NCBI GenBank assembly: GCA_019745315.1
Contig: JAIETH010000001.1
Coordinates: forward strand, 13,049 to 77,048
Length of the DNA: 64,000 bases
From: Patescibacteria group bacterium
GTDB lineage: Bacteria; Patescibacteriota; Minisyncoccia; Phycocordibacterales; UBA918
Reading direction: 5' to 3'
The position numbers and the translations under genes were made by a program. Below the pieces are notes generated by a model. That model had not been told where the DNA came from. It did not search any database and saw only the letters and a list, made by a program, of their open reading frames with translations. Below, one piece after another: positions 20,401 to 29,911 of this stretch (its first letter is position 1; each line of letters begins with the position of its first letter).

Positions 20401-21291
20401 TTAGCTTTGTGGTTCGAGTACAGGTAACGGAGCAGCTCCTTCAACTGGTCCACGTTCTTCATCAAGTAGATATCCGTCAATAGCTATTGCTCGTTCAGTT
20501 TTTAATAGTGAGGTAATGGCTTCTTTGGTATCGTTCGCTGCGATAGCTTCAAGTGTTTCTTGTATTTGGGTTATGGCACGACGCTGTGCATCAGATCCGT
20601 TTGCTATCTGTGGAAGTTCCTGACTTATTTTTTCTATATGGAAGCCCAAGTAGGAATTAATTGCTTCTTGGTCTCCCGCGTCAATAAAGAGTGTTATCTG
20701 TGCATCAAGTGCATCGTCGACATTTTTTCGTGTTCCTTGAAGATTGCTGGCAATAGAGGCAAATTCCTCGGTGCTATCTGCAAGTGTATCGTGTGCATGC
20801 ATAATAGTTGAAAGTCGCGCAAGTGCATCAACTTTTGATTCGAGTGCAAGAGATGATTTTTCTATCGTTTTAATCGCATCGCTGCTTTGTCCGTCTACGA
20901 CATTGGCAAATGATGTGAGTGTCTCAGGGCTTGTAGTTGCTATATCTCTCTCAAGATATATAAGTTCATTGAGACGTGCATCCATTTGTTCTAATCTCCA
21001 CGAAACGCGAGCATCCGAGGTTAATTTTGTAAGGGCAATTGCGTTTTCAGCAACATGAACTTTTACAGGATACAGCTTATTTCCTGGAAGGCTTCCATAT
21101 GACATGTACCCAAGCATTGCTGTGATGCCAATAAGAAGCGCAACAACTCCTAGGGTCGTATATGCAACCATGGGTGTGATGTGTGCTCGTACCCACATGG
21201 TGTAGCAAGAAATATGAGATGTTATTTTTTGGAAAAAAGGCACAGCCGTATCGGTTTTTTCTGGCGTAAATTCATTCTGATTATGTTCCAT
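20401..21291 (-). CDS. DUF5667 domain membrane-anchored protein
   Basis: SLPGNKLYPVKVHVAE...ARLNE after a TM helix. Confidence 0.8.
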   Translation of the reverse strand: MEHNQNEFTPEKTDTAVPFFQKITSHISCYTMWVRAHITPMVAYTTLGVVALLIGITAMLGYMSYGSLPGNKLYPVKVHVAENAIALTKLTSDARVSWRLEQMDARLNELIYLERDIATTSPETLTSFANVVDGQSSDAIKTIEKSSLALESKVDALARLSTIMHAHDTLADSTEEFASIASNLQGTRKNVDDALDAQITLFIDAGDQEAINSYLGFHIEKISQELPQIANGSDAQRRAITQIQETLEAIAANDTKEAITSLLKTERAIAIDGYLLDEERGPVEGAAPLPVLEPQS

Positions 21292-21444
21292 TTTTTATAT
21301 AAGTTATTTAAGAATAGACGGAAGGTCTATATATGGAAGTATATCACTTTTATGTGCATTTTAATCGGATTTTTTGTATGTAATGAGTCGTCTGTTGTGA
21401 CGGCTCAAGATTGAGGCTTTATTTTCAGCGCTAACATAAAATAT

Positions 21445-21564
21445 ATGGATACAACACCAGAAACGACTCATACGTGTACAACATGTCACCATGAGCACAA
21501 GAACGAAGATGGCTCATGTTCATGTGGATGCAAAACATCAACTAAAAAAGAAGACGCTGCATAA
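21445..21564 (+). CDS. 39-aa Cys/His-rich metallothionein-like peptide (absent from ORF track)
   Basis: MDTTPETTHTCTTCHHEHKNEDGSCSCGCKTSTKKEDAA, followed directly by a terminator. Confidence 0.6.
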   Translation: MDTTPETTHTCTTCHHEHKNEDGSCSCGCKTSTKKEDAA

Positions 21565-21602
21565 AAATAAAAAGCCTCTCTTGAGAGGCTTTTTTATTTT
21601 TA
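21562..21602. terminator. bidirectional intrinsic terminator
   Basis: A-tract-AAGCCTCTC-TT-GAGAGGCTT-T-tract. Confidence 0.8.
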
Positions 21603-21619
21603 TGGTCCCACTCTCTTAT

Positions 21620-22177
21620 TTAGAATGTATGTAGTACGCCGTCAGCACCAACCTTTAGAAAGAGGGTCATGTCAGGAGGAGGTTCTATTGGGGTAGATTC
21701 GGTTTGATCGTATGGTGCAAACTGAATACTGAGGACTTTTGAATCTGATTGTACTTTGGTTAATTGTGGAGTTATGTTCTCTCCCACATAAAAAGCATTA
21801 GTTGCAATAAATCCTTCAGATGTTTTGAGGGCGACGACTGCGTAGTAAAAGAGTCCGCTTTCTCCAGTTTTTTGAGTTACCAGAAAAGCAATGTCTTCGA
21901 GACTGTCTCCATTTATATCTCCCACGCTTTCGTATCCTGCGTATGTGGTAGTGATTTCTATAGTTCCGCCCGGTTCCATGAGCATCTTTGAGGATCCATT
22001 CTCAAGTGTGATTTTTTGAGATTCAATTGTGAAGCTTGCATTCTTTGCATCGAAAACAGGTTGTTCTGCTTGAGGTGTTTGAACTGTAGGAGGAGCAGGT
22101 TTATTTTTTGTTAGAAGGACAAATAGTAATGAGAGCGAGACGAGTGCGATTGCTACTAATAAATATATTTTTTTCAT
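21620..22177 (-). CDS. membrane-anchored hypothetical protein
   Basis: N-terminal TM, GDINGDSLEDIA; TGcTATGCT 6 nt before ATG. Confidence 0.65.
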   Translation of the reverse strand: MKKIYLLVAIALVSLSLLFVLLTKNKPAPPTVQTPQAEQPVFDAKNASFTIESQKITLENGSSKMLMEPGGTIEITTTYAGYESVGDINGDSLEDIAFLVTQKTGESGLFYYAVVALKTSEGFIATNAFYVGENITPQLTKVQSDSKVLSIQFAPYDQTESTPIEPPPDMTLFLKVGADGVLHTF

Positions 22178-22309
22178 GCATTTAGCATAGCACGGGCTTG
22201 TGTGGTGGTGAGTAAAAAATCACAATAATTTATTTCAATATGTGGATATTAAAAAACCACCTTCCTCGGGCGGTGCGAGCATGCTCGCACCGCTGAAGTG
22301 GTGGGTTGT

Positions 22310-22723
22310 TCAGGCGAACTTGGCGAAGTTCTCGGCGGCCCTATGTCCGCTGATGGTCTCGCCGTGGATGCAGTGGCACAGACCGTGATGCAGCTGCTCC
22401 CGGTCGAGGCCCATGTTGTCCATGACGGCGCCGATGGTCGGCTCCGTTGCGACACCCGCGGCATTCAGCGCCGCGACGACCGGTTCCAGCACGGTGCCGG
22501 CGGTGGAGAACGCCCGAATCGCATCGTCCGTCATGAACTCGATCGCCGGCAGCGTCTTGAACTGATGACCGCTGTGGGCGCGGAGCGCAGTGACAGCGAG
22601 CGCGCGCCGATCGTCGGGGCCCAGCGTCTTCGGCGGGTGGGTGGCCGTTGCGCCGAGAAGGGCGCGCCGACGCAATCCGACGCCAGCCAGGCCACTCCGA
22701 ACGAGTGTTGCCAATGATGCCAT
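22310..22723 (-). CDS. very GC-rich orphan protein, SD-led islet gene
   Basis: AACCCAAAAGAGG upstream of ATG; 44/60 GC at 22441-22500; HHGLCHC motif. Confidence 0.6.
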   Translation of the reverse strand: MASLATLVRSGLAGVGLRRRALLGATATHPPKTLGPDDRRALAVTALRAHSGHQFKTLPAIEFMTDDAIRAFSTAGTVLEPVVAALNAAGVATEPTIGAVMDNMGLDREQLHHGLCHCIHGETISGHRAAENFAKFA

Positions 22724-22877
22724 GACACACAAATCCTCTTTTGGGTTTGGGTTGACGGAGCCGAACCTTGTGGGGGAACTTCTCCTTTTTTACGGTAGCA
22801 CAGAAGTTTTTATTAATAAAGACACAAACAAAAACACTCAGTGCTGAGTGCGTGTAAAGTGTTTTTGTTGGGGGGCT

Positions 22878-23342
22878 TTATCGGGTTACCGAAATGGTCG
22901 CTCCGTCTTGTGCATTGGGAGCAGAAACTGTTACTCTCCCATCAGCATCTTTTTGTATGACATAGTCTGTGTCGTATGCTTCACTACAGTCAGTCACTGC
23001 TGCTCCTTTATGTGTTGAGGTTGGGTCGGTAGGCAAGGCTGGTATATATTTCGGGACAAGCTGCGCGCACATATCAGCGCCACTCGTGCTTATGTCACGC
23101 GGAGTCGTGCTGCTTATTTCTTCGCTAATTTCTCCTTTAGAATCCACAATCATTTGTCCTACTCCGTTAAGGATTGCGTTTATATTACTTGCACGCTGCG
23201 TGTTATTTGCTTGCGCAAATTGTCGTGTTGGATTAATGGCGACCAATACGACAGCTGCGAGGATGGCGATAATACCAATAACGATAAGAATTTCTATCAA
23301 CGTAAAACCTTTCTTAAAAGAAACGCTTCTGTGATATTTCAT
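22878..23342 (-). CDS. type IV major pilin / GspG-like
   Basis: KKG/FTLIEILIVIGIIAILAAVVLVAINP prepilin signal. Confidence 0.9.
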   Translation of the reverse strand: MKYHRSVSFKKGFTLIEILIVIGIIAILAAVVLVAINPTRQFAQANNTQRASNINAILNGVGQMIVDSKGEISEEISSTTPRDISTSGADMCAQLVPKYIPALPTDPTSTHKGAAVTDCSEAYDTDYVIQKDADGRVTVSAPNAQDGATISVTR

Positions 23343-23416
23343 TACACGTATACTAGGTTAATAAATACTACTGTAAGTATATAACCAATTTGTTTTGTCA
23401 AACGTATTCCTATTCG

Positions 23417-23833
23417 TTATTGTGGATTTCTTTCTTCCCATGTATGAATCGTCGCGTCAGGTGTTTCTATGGTGACGTACAGGTGCGTATGAGATGAGCC
23501 AGATTCAGCATGTGCATGAATCCCACGGATTGTCGTATCGATATGGGTTATTGATACAATTCGACACTCATTTGTTTCTATGGGCATTCTGCCACTGTAG
23601 GGGAGAGACTCATGTGTTACAGAAGGATTGTTTTTAATAAATACACGAGCTATTTCTATGCACGACTGTGCAAGTTTCTCGCTCAGTATTTTATTTTCAA
23701 AATTCAGAACCATATATCTATGGATGATATGTGACTCTGACACAACAAGAACAAAACTAAACAATAGAGTTGAAATAATGAGTGTGGATATAAGAGCAAT
23801 AAATCCTCTCTTTTTTGATATCGGGTTTGCCAT
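23417..23833 (-). CDS. PilX-like minor pilin
   Basis: KRG/FIALISTLII lacking Glu5; LAQSCIE. Confidence 0.7.
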   Translation of the reverse strand: MANPISKKRGFIALISTLIISTLLFSFVLVVSESHIIHRYMVLNFENKILSEKLAQSCIEIARVFIKNNPSVTHESLPYSGRMPIETNECRIVSITHIDTTIRGIHAHAESGSSHTHLYVTIETPDATIHTWEERNPQ

Positions 23834-23835
23834 TC

Positions 23836-24333
23836 CTAGAAGTGAAACTGATAGACGAATGGTTCTATAGCATTGCCGTTTGCGGTAAAAGAAATGACCA
23901 TAAATCGCTTATTATCTATCTCAGAAAATATGTGGAGTGCTTTAAAATTGGTGATGGCGACTCGGCTTGAATTGAGAGGTCCGAGAGGTTCGGTCTCTTC
24001 GCTATAGAGTAGGGTGGTACTACTTAACATAAAGGTGAACACTCCTTCGATGCTCAATGTACTTTCTCCGCTCATATTATCGGAGCTCGGAATAATCCCC
24101 TCTATATCAGAGGGTTGTGTTATTCCTTTTGATAGAGCGTATTTAATTTTAGACAGTATGAAGAGTGTTTCTTGTTCTGTTGCGCTGTTGATTTCTTGAG
24201 ACTGAGCGTATTGGAGGAGTGTGTATGTTGTAGAAAGGGTGGTTGCAATAACAATGCTAAATATGACGCTGTATAACAATGTTTCTAAAAGAGTGAATCC
24301 TTTTTTATTTTTTACACGAGCGTTCATGGTCAT
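23836..24333 (-). CDS. minor pilin (PilW/GspJ-like)
   Basis: KKG/FTLLETLLY. Confidence 0.8.
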   Translation of the reverse strand: MTMNARVKNKKGFTLLETLLYSVIFSIVIATTLSTTYTLLQYAQSQEINSATEQETLFILSKIKYALSKGITQPSDIEGIIPSSDNMSGESTLSIEGVFTFMLSSTTLLYSEETEPLGPLNSSRVAITNFKALHIFSEIDNKRFMVISFTANGNAIEPFVYQFHF

Positions 24334-25789
24334 ATATGGTTAAAATTTGAGTAGGATTTTCGGCACGTAATGCGTATATAACATTAAATGCATAGGTAAG
24401 GCTTGGTACGGAGGTAGAGATATCCGAGACCATGCATATATTTTTTTGTGTAATATTTTTTTCCGCTGCGTTGATTTCAAATATAAAAAATGGGTGAGTT
24501 GTATCTGAAGTAGCAACAAACAAAATATCTTTTTGAACAACTATATCGGTGACTCTAGTTCCGCTTCTGAGTAGGAGTTTTTGATCCGCTATGACATTTG
24601 GATTTCTGGGGTCTGTAATATCGAGCACATACAAATCTTTGTTTTCACCGGTAGCGCGTTCGCGTCCCATATATAAAAAATTTCCAATTAAAAACAAGGC
24701 AGTTCCATAAAGATTGCCACTTGGACTAAAGCTGCCTATGAATGTTATTGCCTCTGGCTCTGAAACATCATAGATAGTGAGTTCTGGATAGCGCGCCTCT
24801 GAGGCTGATGTAGCGAGATATGCAATTGTTTGGGTAGGTGTATGTTGGTTTTTCCCAATTACAATGTCCTCCACGTTATGGTTTACATTAAAGCTCCCGA
24901 CCCAGAGAGGTCTTTCTGGTGAGCAGTTACGTACAGAATTTTGCATACAAATTATATGAAACTCGTTATTTCGAGTGCTTGGTATGGATCCGAGATTTGC
25001 GAGATAGGGTAAACCGATATAAATATTTCCATCAAAATACGCGATACTTTTTGGAGTAAGGCACGCGGCACAGCTTGAAGTTGTATTGGGAAGTGTGACG
25101 CTCGCTACAATAGAGCTTGTTGAGAGTAGTTCAGGATCTTTAATATGTACTATCTTGAGTTGCTCTGAGCTGCTCGCATGAAGTACATACGCATACTCAT
25201 CTTTTATCACTACGCCTAGTGCGCCAGCTCCAATATTCAGCTGACTTACAAGTGTTACGTGTGTCGGTTCAATCTTTAAAATCCATATGTCCTCACGTGA
25301 GGGGAGGGTATTTGCTGTGGTGATAACCGCATACTTTTTTGTATCATGTGTAAAAAAAGCCATATCTGTTCCGGTGCCAGAAATGGTTGGGATGTATGTA
25401 GTGCTCAGTGTTGGATTATTCCATAGAGATGGGGGTGTGGGATCACAGGTTTCTTCTGCGAGTTTTTCTTCATACGCAGACTCGTGTATGAATTCATTAA
25501 TTGAAACAATAAAATCTCTATTTGTATCTCCATCCCACTGTGTGCGTGTGTTTTTTATATATGAACATGGATTTATATATAGTGAGGTTGATGCGATGAC
25601 GTAGTCATTTCTACTAACCGTTTTGTAGCTATCATGATTTGTAACTGTATAAAGAATTGCGGAAAGTGTCATGCGTCCGTCAATTAAGGCTGTTTGTCCT
25701 CCGAATATAACTTGAGACGCGCTGGACAGAAAAATAAGTGAGATGGTGCACGCTATAAGTAACTCAATAGTAGAAAAACCTTTTTGCAT
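24305..25789 (-). CDS. minor pilin with LVIVD-type beta-propeller (probable tip adhesin)
   Basis: KG/FSTIELLI; repeats YAYV..LKIVHIKDP, LTIYDVSEP, LYVLDITDP. Confidence 0.75.
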   Translation of the reverse strand: MQKGFSTIELLIACTISLIFLSSASQVIFGGQTALIDGRMTLSAILYTVTNHDSYKTVSRNDYVIASTSLYINPCSYIKNTRTQWDGDTNRDFIVSINEFIHESAYEEKLAEETCDPTPPSLWNNPTLSTTYIPTISGTGTDMAFFTHDTKKYAVITTANTLPSREDIWILKIEPTHVTLVSQLNIGAGALGVVIKDEYAYVLHASSSEQLKIVHIKDPELLSTSSIVASVTLPNTTSSCAACLTPKSIAYFDGNIYIGLPYLANLGSIPSTRNNEFHIICMQNSVRNCSPERPLWVGSFNVNHNVEDIVIGKNQHTPTQTIAYLATSASEARYPELTIYDVSEPEAITFIGSFSPSGNLYGTALFLIGNFLYMGRERATGENKDLYVLDITDPRNPNVIADQKLLLRSGTRVTDIVVQKDILFVATSDTTHPFFIFEINAAEKNITQKNICMVSDISTSVPSLTYAFNVIYALRAENPTQILTIYDHERSCKK

Positions 25790-25793
25790 ATAT

Positions 25794-26231
25794 TCACCAC
25801 TCAATACGGCCCCAGCTATTCACATACACAGACGTTGAAGCAGTTGCTGTTTTAAATGTAGTTGTGCCTGCTCCACTGATCACGTTACCTGATAGTTTTT
25901 CAAAAACTATATCGGAAGGGGTCTGTATATCTATTGGGGTGTTTCGAGTGACATATGTATTGCTTGGATGAGTGGGATCAAAAGATTCCCCCTCAAAAAG
26001 AACAAATCTTTCTTTTTCTATGTGTATTCCATGGTGAGTGTCGTCTATATTGGTGAGTGCGCGCATGCGTTGAGGCACTAGGAGTAGCGAAATAAACATA
26101 TCGCGCTCTGTAAGGATGTTTTGCTGTGCAATATATTTTGAACTCAGGTATATGCCGCAGAGAGTGATGATGCCTACGAGTGCAAGAGTCACTATTATTT
26201 CTATAAGACTAAAAGCGCGTTTTCTGCTCAT
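25794..26231 (-). CDS. minor pilin (FimT/GspH-like)
   Basis: KRA/FSLIEIIV; C-terminal VNSWGRI. Confidence 0.8.
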   Translation of the reverse strand: MSRKRAFSLIEIIVTLALVGIITLCGIYLSSKYIAQQNILTERDMFISLLLVPQRMRALTNIDDTHHGIHIEKERFVLFEGESFDPTHPSNTYVTRNTPIDIQTPSDIVFEKLSGNVISGAGTTTFKTATASTSVYVNSWGRIEW

Positions 26232-26235
26232 AAGG

Positions 26236-27354
26236 TTACCGTTGCATGTTTTTGGTAATTTCATAGATAGGTGAAATGATTGCTGTTGCGATAGTTCCTA
26301 CAAAAAGCCCCATGACGATAAGAAGTACGGGTTCTATGGTAGTACTCAGGTTTTTCGTTTTTTCATCAAGATCTTCTTCGTAAAAACGATTAAGGTAGAG
26401 AAGTGTTTCATTGAGTCGCCCCGTCCTTTCTCCAACAGCTATGAGGTGAACAAGTATTTCAGGAAAAAGATTTTTATAACGCTCGAGTTGTGTAGATACG
26501 TGCTCGCCGCGCATACTGTGGCGTGCAATATTTGCACATGTATGTCTGTAGATACTATTGGGAAGAGTTTGAGCGGTGGTTGCAAGAGCTTCGGCATAGG
26601 GAATTCCGGATTGTAGAAGAAGTCCAAATGTTCGACAAAAGCTTGCGCAGTTATAGGTGCGGGAAAGGGTACTACAAATGGGTACGAGTAAAATCAGTCT
26701 ATCCCACGCATGTCGTACATTGCTCTGTGTCTTTTTTAGATATTGAAAAAATATAATCAGCATTACAAAACATATAAAACTCTGAATTCCCCAGTTACTT
26801 AAAAAAGTGCTTGTGGCGAGTAGTGCGCGAGTAGTAAACGGTAGCTCTATAGATAGACTTATAAAAAGAGGCATTATTTTTGGAAAAATAAAAATAGTTA
26901 AAAAACCAGTAACGCCAAGGGTTGCCAGCACGATGAAAAAAGGATATATCAGCGCGCTACGTATTTTGCTTTTGAGTAGATACGATTTTGTCAGTTCATC
27001 GACCAGATATCGTAGGTTGTGTGCAAGTGAACCAGTATCTTCTCCTACTTTTATAAGATTTATAGTAAGTTCTCCAAAAGTATTCTGGTATTTGTGGAGG
27101 CTTGTATGCAAATAGTATCCCGACGATATATCGTTTCCGATATTGTGAAAAAGTCGTTTGGCTCTTTTTGACGATGTTTGATTTTCTATGATTCGGAGAG
27201 TTTCTGGTAAGGGGATTCCAGCCTCTATGAGAAAGCTTAGTCGTTTTGCGAAAAGAATTTTTTCTTGAGTTGAAAGAGCTGTAAAAGAAGTATTTCGCGC
27301 CTGAAGATAGATATCAGTAGACTGATATTTTAAAAAACGAACGATCTTATTCAT
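26236..27354 (-). CDS. pilC: type IV pilus/T2SS platform protein PilC/GspF
   Basis: AGIPL, GEDTGSL, ALIYP, GERTGRL, IEP. Confidence 0.92.
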   Translation of the reverse strand: MNKIVRFLKYQSTDIYLQARNTSFTALSTQEKILFAKRLSFLIEAGIPLPETLRIIENQTSSKRAKRLFHNIGNDISSGYYLHTSLHKYQNTFGELTINLIKVGEDTGSLAHNLRYLVDELTKSYLLKSKIRSALIYPFFIVLATLGVTGFLTIFIFPKIMPLFISLSIELPFTTRALLATSTFLSNWGIQSFICFVMLIIFFQYLKKTQSNVRHAWDRLILLVPICSTLSRTYNCASFCRTFGLLLQSGIPYAEALATTAQTLPNSIYRHTCANIARHSMRGEHVSTQLERYKNLFPEILVHLIAVGERTGRLNETLLYLNRFYEEDLDEKTKNLSTTIEPVLLIVMGLFVGTIATAIISPIYEITKNMQR

Positions 27355-28588
27355 ATATCGATCGAAGTACCTCGGCGATCGTGGTGTGGCCATCCTGCGC
27401 TTTGTAAAGACCGTCCTCGAGCATAGTTGTCATTCCTTCTTCGATTGCTGTCTTTTTTATATCCGCTGCAGATGCTCGCAGTAAAATAGCTTCACGTATT
27501 CGGGGGCTTACGGAAAGTACTTCATATATTCCGATGCGACCAGAAAAACCAGTAAAATTACACGCTTCGCATCCTTCTCCTATATAAAACGCACCCGGAA
27601 CTATGTATCCATTTTCAGTGATACGAGTAGGGATGAGGGCTGTGAGATTTTGTCGCTCTGCGTAGGTGAGTAAGACCTCATGTTTGCACAAAGTACAGAT
27701 TTTTCGCACGAGCCGTTGACCTATTGCGATTGACACAGTTGAGGCTACGAGATATGAATCGATTCCCATATCAAGGAGGCGGGGAAGTGTTGTTGCAGAG
27801 TCACTCGTATGAATAGTGGAAAGTATCAAGTGTCCGGTTAGTGCGGTATTTATAGCAATCCCAGCAGTTTCTGAGTCGCGGATTTCTCCAACCATAATAC
27901 TATTGGGGTCTTGGCGCAGAATAGAGCGGAGTCCGTTGGCAAACGATAGTCCCGCACGAGGATTTATAGGTATTTGTGTTATGTCTTCAATGGCATATTC
28001 CACAGGATCCTCGATGGTAATAATAGAAGTTTCTTTCTTGTTAAGTAATTTAATAAGGGTGTAGAGCGTTGTTGTTTTGCCCGATCCTGTGGGTCCTGTT
28101 GCAAGAATCATTCCAAATGGTAAGTGCGCTGCGCGCATAATTTTTTGTCTATCAGAATCAGAAAAACCAAGTGTCTTTAATGTGAAGTGGGATGCGTGGT
28201 CTGTGAGGAGGCGTAAGATAGCATTTTCTCCATGGTATGTAGGCATTATTGATACACGGATATCAATTGGATTTTCATTATTTTTTTGATAACGAAAACG
28301 CCCGTCTTGGGCTGTTTGATGTTCATCTGTTCGTAGGCGCGAGAGTACTTTGATGCGCATTATTACTTCCTCACGTATTGCTTTTGGAAAGGTAGCAATA
28401 GTTTCGAGTTCTCCATCTATGCGAAATCGTATAGATACGTAGTGTTCGCCAGGAAGTATGTGTATGTCGGACGCACGAAGAGCATGTGCCTCCTCTATGC
28501 AGCATTCAACAAGAGAGATAATAGGAATGGTTCCTGTTTGAGAAAGCAGTTCAGTTACACGAGACGAGGTAACAGACGTACTGTGCAT
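27347..28588 (-). CDS. pilB: type IV pilus assembly ATPase PilB/GspE (short N-terminus)
   Basis: ASDIH, GPTGSGKTTT, TIEDPVE, LRQDP, GEIRD, tetra-Cys zinc motif. Confidence 0.93.
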   Translation of the reverse strand: MHSTSVTSSRVTELLSQTGTIPIISLVECCIEEAHALRASDIHILPGEHYVSIRFRIDGELETIATFPKAIREEVIMRIKVLSRLRTDEHQTAQDGRFRYQKNNENPIDIRVSIMPTYHGENAILRLLTDHASHFTLKTLGFSDSDRQKIMRAAHLPFGMILATGPTGSGKTTTLYTLIKLLNKKETSIITIEDPVEYAIEDITQIPINPRAGLSFANGLRSILRQDPNSIMVGEIRDSETAGIAINTALTGHLILSTIHTSDSATTLPRLLDMGIDSYLVASTVSIAIGQRLVRKICTLCKHEVLLTYAERQNLTALIPTRITENGYIVPGAFYIGEGCEACNFTGFSGRIGIYEVLSVSPRIREAILLRASAADIKKTAIEEGMTTMLEDGLYKAQDGHTTIAEVLRSIYE

Positions 28589-28681
28589 ATTGTATATGTA
28601 TCATATAACTTCTTCTAAAATTTAAAGAGTATTGTTGGGAATAAGTCAAAAATTAGTAATACCTAAGAAACTTGTCAGTCT

Positions 28682-28714
28682 TTGTATTGACATTGTCAAT
28701 ACAAGATATATACT
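28682..28714 (+). promoter_or_regulatory. TA operator palindrome overlapping promoter
   Basis: TTGTATTGACA-T-TGTCAATACAA contains TTGACA; TATACT at 28709-28714. Confidence 0.75.
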
Positions 28715-28720
28715 CATTGT

Positions 28721-28996
28721 ATGAGTACACAAAATACTATCCAAATTAGAATTGACTCCAAGACAAAGAAGGCAGCACGCAAAACTCTTGATGAGCTTGG
28801 TATTGATATGTCGAGTGCAGTTAAGTTGTTTTTAACTAATGTTGTAAACCGTAAGGGAATACCTCTTGATTTACTCACAGAAAATGGTTTTACCCTCGCC
28901 CAAGAGCGGGCGCTAGCTCTTGAAACAGATGTAGCAAAACGTTCTGCAAAACGTTTTGCTACTGTTAATGCTCTCATGAAGGATCTTGAAAAGTAG
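28721..28996 (+). CDS. RelB/DinJ family antitoxin
   Basis: IQIRID..K..A...L..LGIDMSSAVKLFL....GIP. Confidence 0.9.
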   Translation: MSTQNTIQIRIDSKTKKAARKTLDELGIDMSSAVKLFLTNVVNRKGIPLDLLTENGFTLAQERALALETDVAKRSAKRFATVNALMKDLEK

Positions 28997-29000
28997 TCGT

Positions 29001-29282
29001 ATGAAATACGAAATAGTGAGGACGAAACGTTTTAAGACAGCATATAAAAGAGTTAGAAATTTGAGAGGTTTTAATAAAGAGATTTTTCTTGAAGTCGTTG
29101 AAACATTGGCATCGGGGGATACGCTCAAAGCAGAGTACCGTGACCATAAGCTCACCGGGAACTTAAAAAATTTTAGAGAGTGCCACTTGGCTTCAGACAT
29201 CTTGCTGATATACCAAATTGATGATGGAATTCTAATTTTGACCTTGGTGAGTATTGGAAATCACGCTCAGCTATTTAAATAA
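29001..29282 (+). CDS. YafQ family toxin
   Basis: YRDHKLTG..RECHL..DILLIY..IGNHAQLF. Confidence 0.92.
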   Translation: MKYEIVRTKRFKTAYKRVRNLRGFNKEIFLEVVETLASGDTLKAEYRDHKLTGNLKNFRECHLASDILLIYQIDDGILILTLVSIGNHAQLFK

Positions 29283-29379
29283 AAAGTTTGAACAGCACCT
29301 CAGGTTGCCAGTTTTTTAGATTTTTCGCTGTCTACACCCACCTGGGTGGCGGAATGAGAAAAGACGTATAATGGGAGCA

Positions 29380-29910
29380 ATGAGTTTTATTTCTCCGGAA
29401 GTCGCCGCAACACACTTTCATTTACGTGTCGGCGATAGAGTCGCTGATTTTGGAGCAGGCAGCGGGCACTTTGTCCGTGCGCTTTCGCGTGCGGTGGGGC
29501 CAGATGGCAAAGTATTTGCTATTGAAATTCAAAAGCAACTCGCGCGTGCGATTGCGGATATGGCAACAAAAGAGAAGTTGTCGAACGTAGAATCTATTTG
29601 GGGAGATCTAGAGGCACTTGGAGGCACCAAATTGCCAGACAAAACGCTCGATCTTGTATTAATTTCAAATACGCTCTCAATGCTTGAAGATAAGCAGACG
29701 CCGCTTAAAGAAGCGCACCGAGTGCTCCGGAAGGGCGGAAAGCTGTGTATTATCGATTGGTCAGATGGGATGGGAGAGATTAAAGTAAACCATAGCCTTC
29801 GCATGAGTGAGTCAGAGATTAAAGATCTTGTTGAGGGACTTGGTTTTGTGTTTGAGAAAGATTTCGGAGGAGGAGCGCACCATTACGGATTAACATTCAG
29901 AGCAACATAG
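29380..29910 (+). CDS. class I SAM-dependent methyltransferase
   Basis: VADFGAGSG, RVLRKGG; ATG 7 nt after TATAAT. Confidence 0.85.
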   Translation: MSFISPEVAATHFHLRVGDRVADFGAGSGHFVRALSRAVGPDGKVFAIEIQKQLARAIADMATKEKLSNVESIWGDLEALGGTKLPDKTLDLVLISNTLSMLEDKQTPLKEAHRVLRKGGKLCIIDWSDGMGEIKVNHSLRMSESEIKDLVEGLGFVFEKDFGGGAHHYGLTFRAT

Positions 29911-29911
29911 T

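Noticed and set aside
22249-22847. Several overlapping ORFs in the GC-rich islet
   Set aside because: Expected from stop-codon scarcity at high GC; only 22310-22723(-) has an SD and a GC3 pattern.
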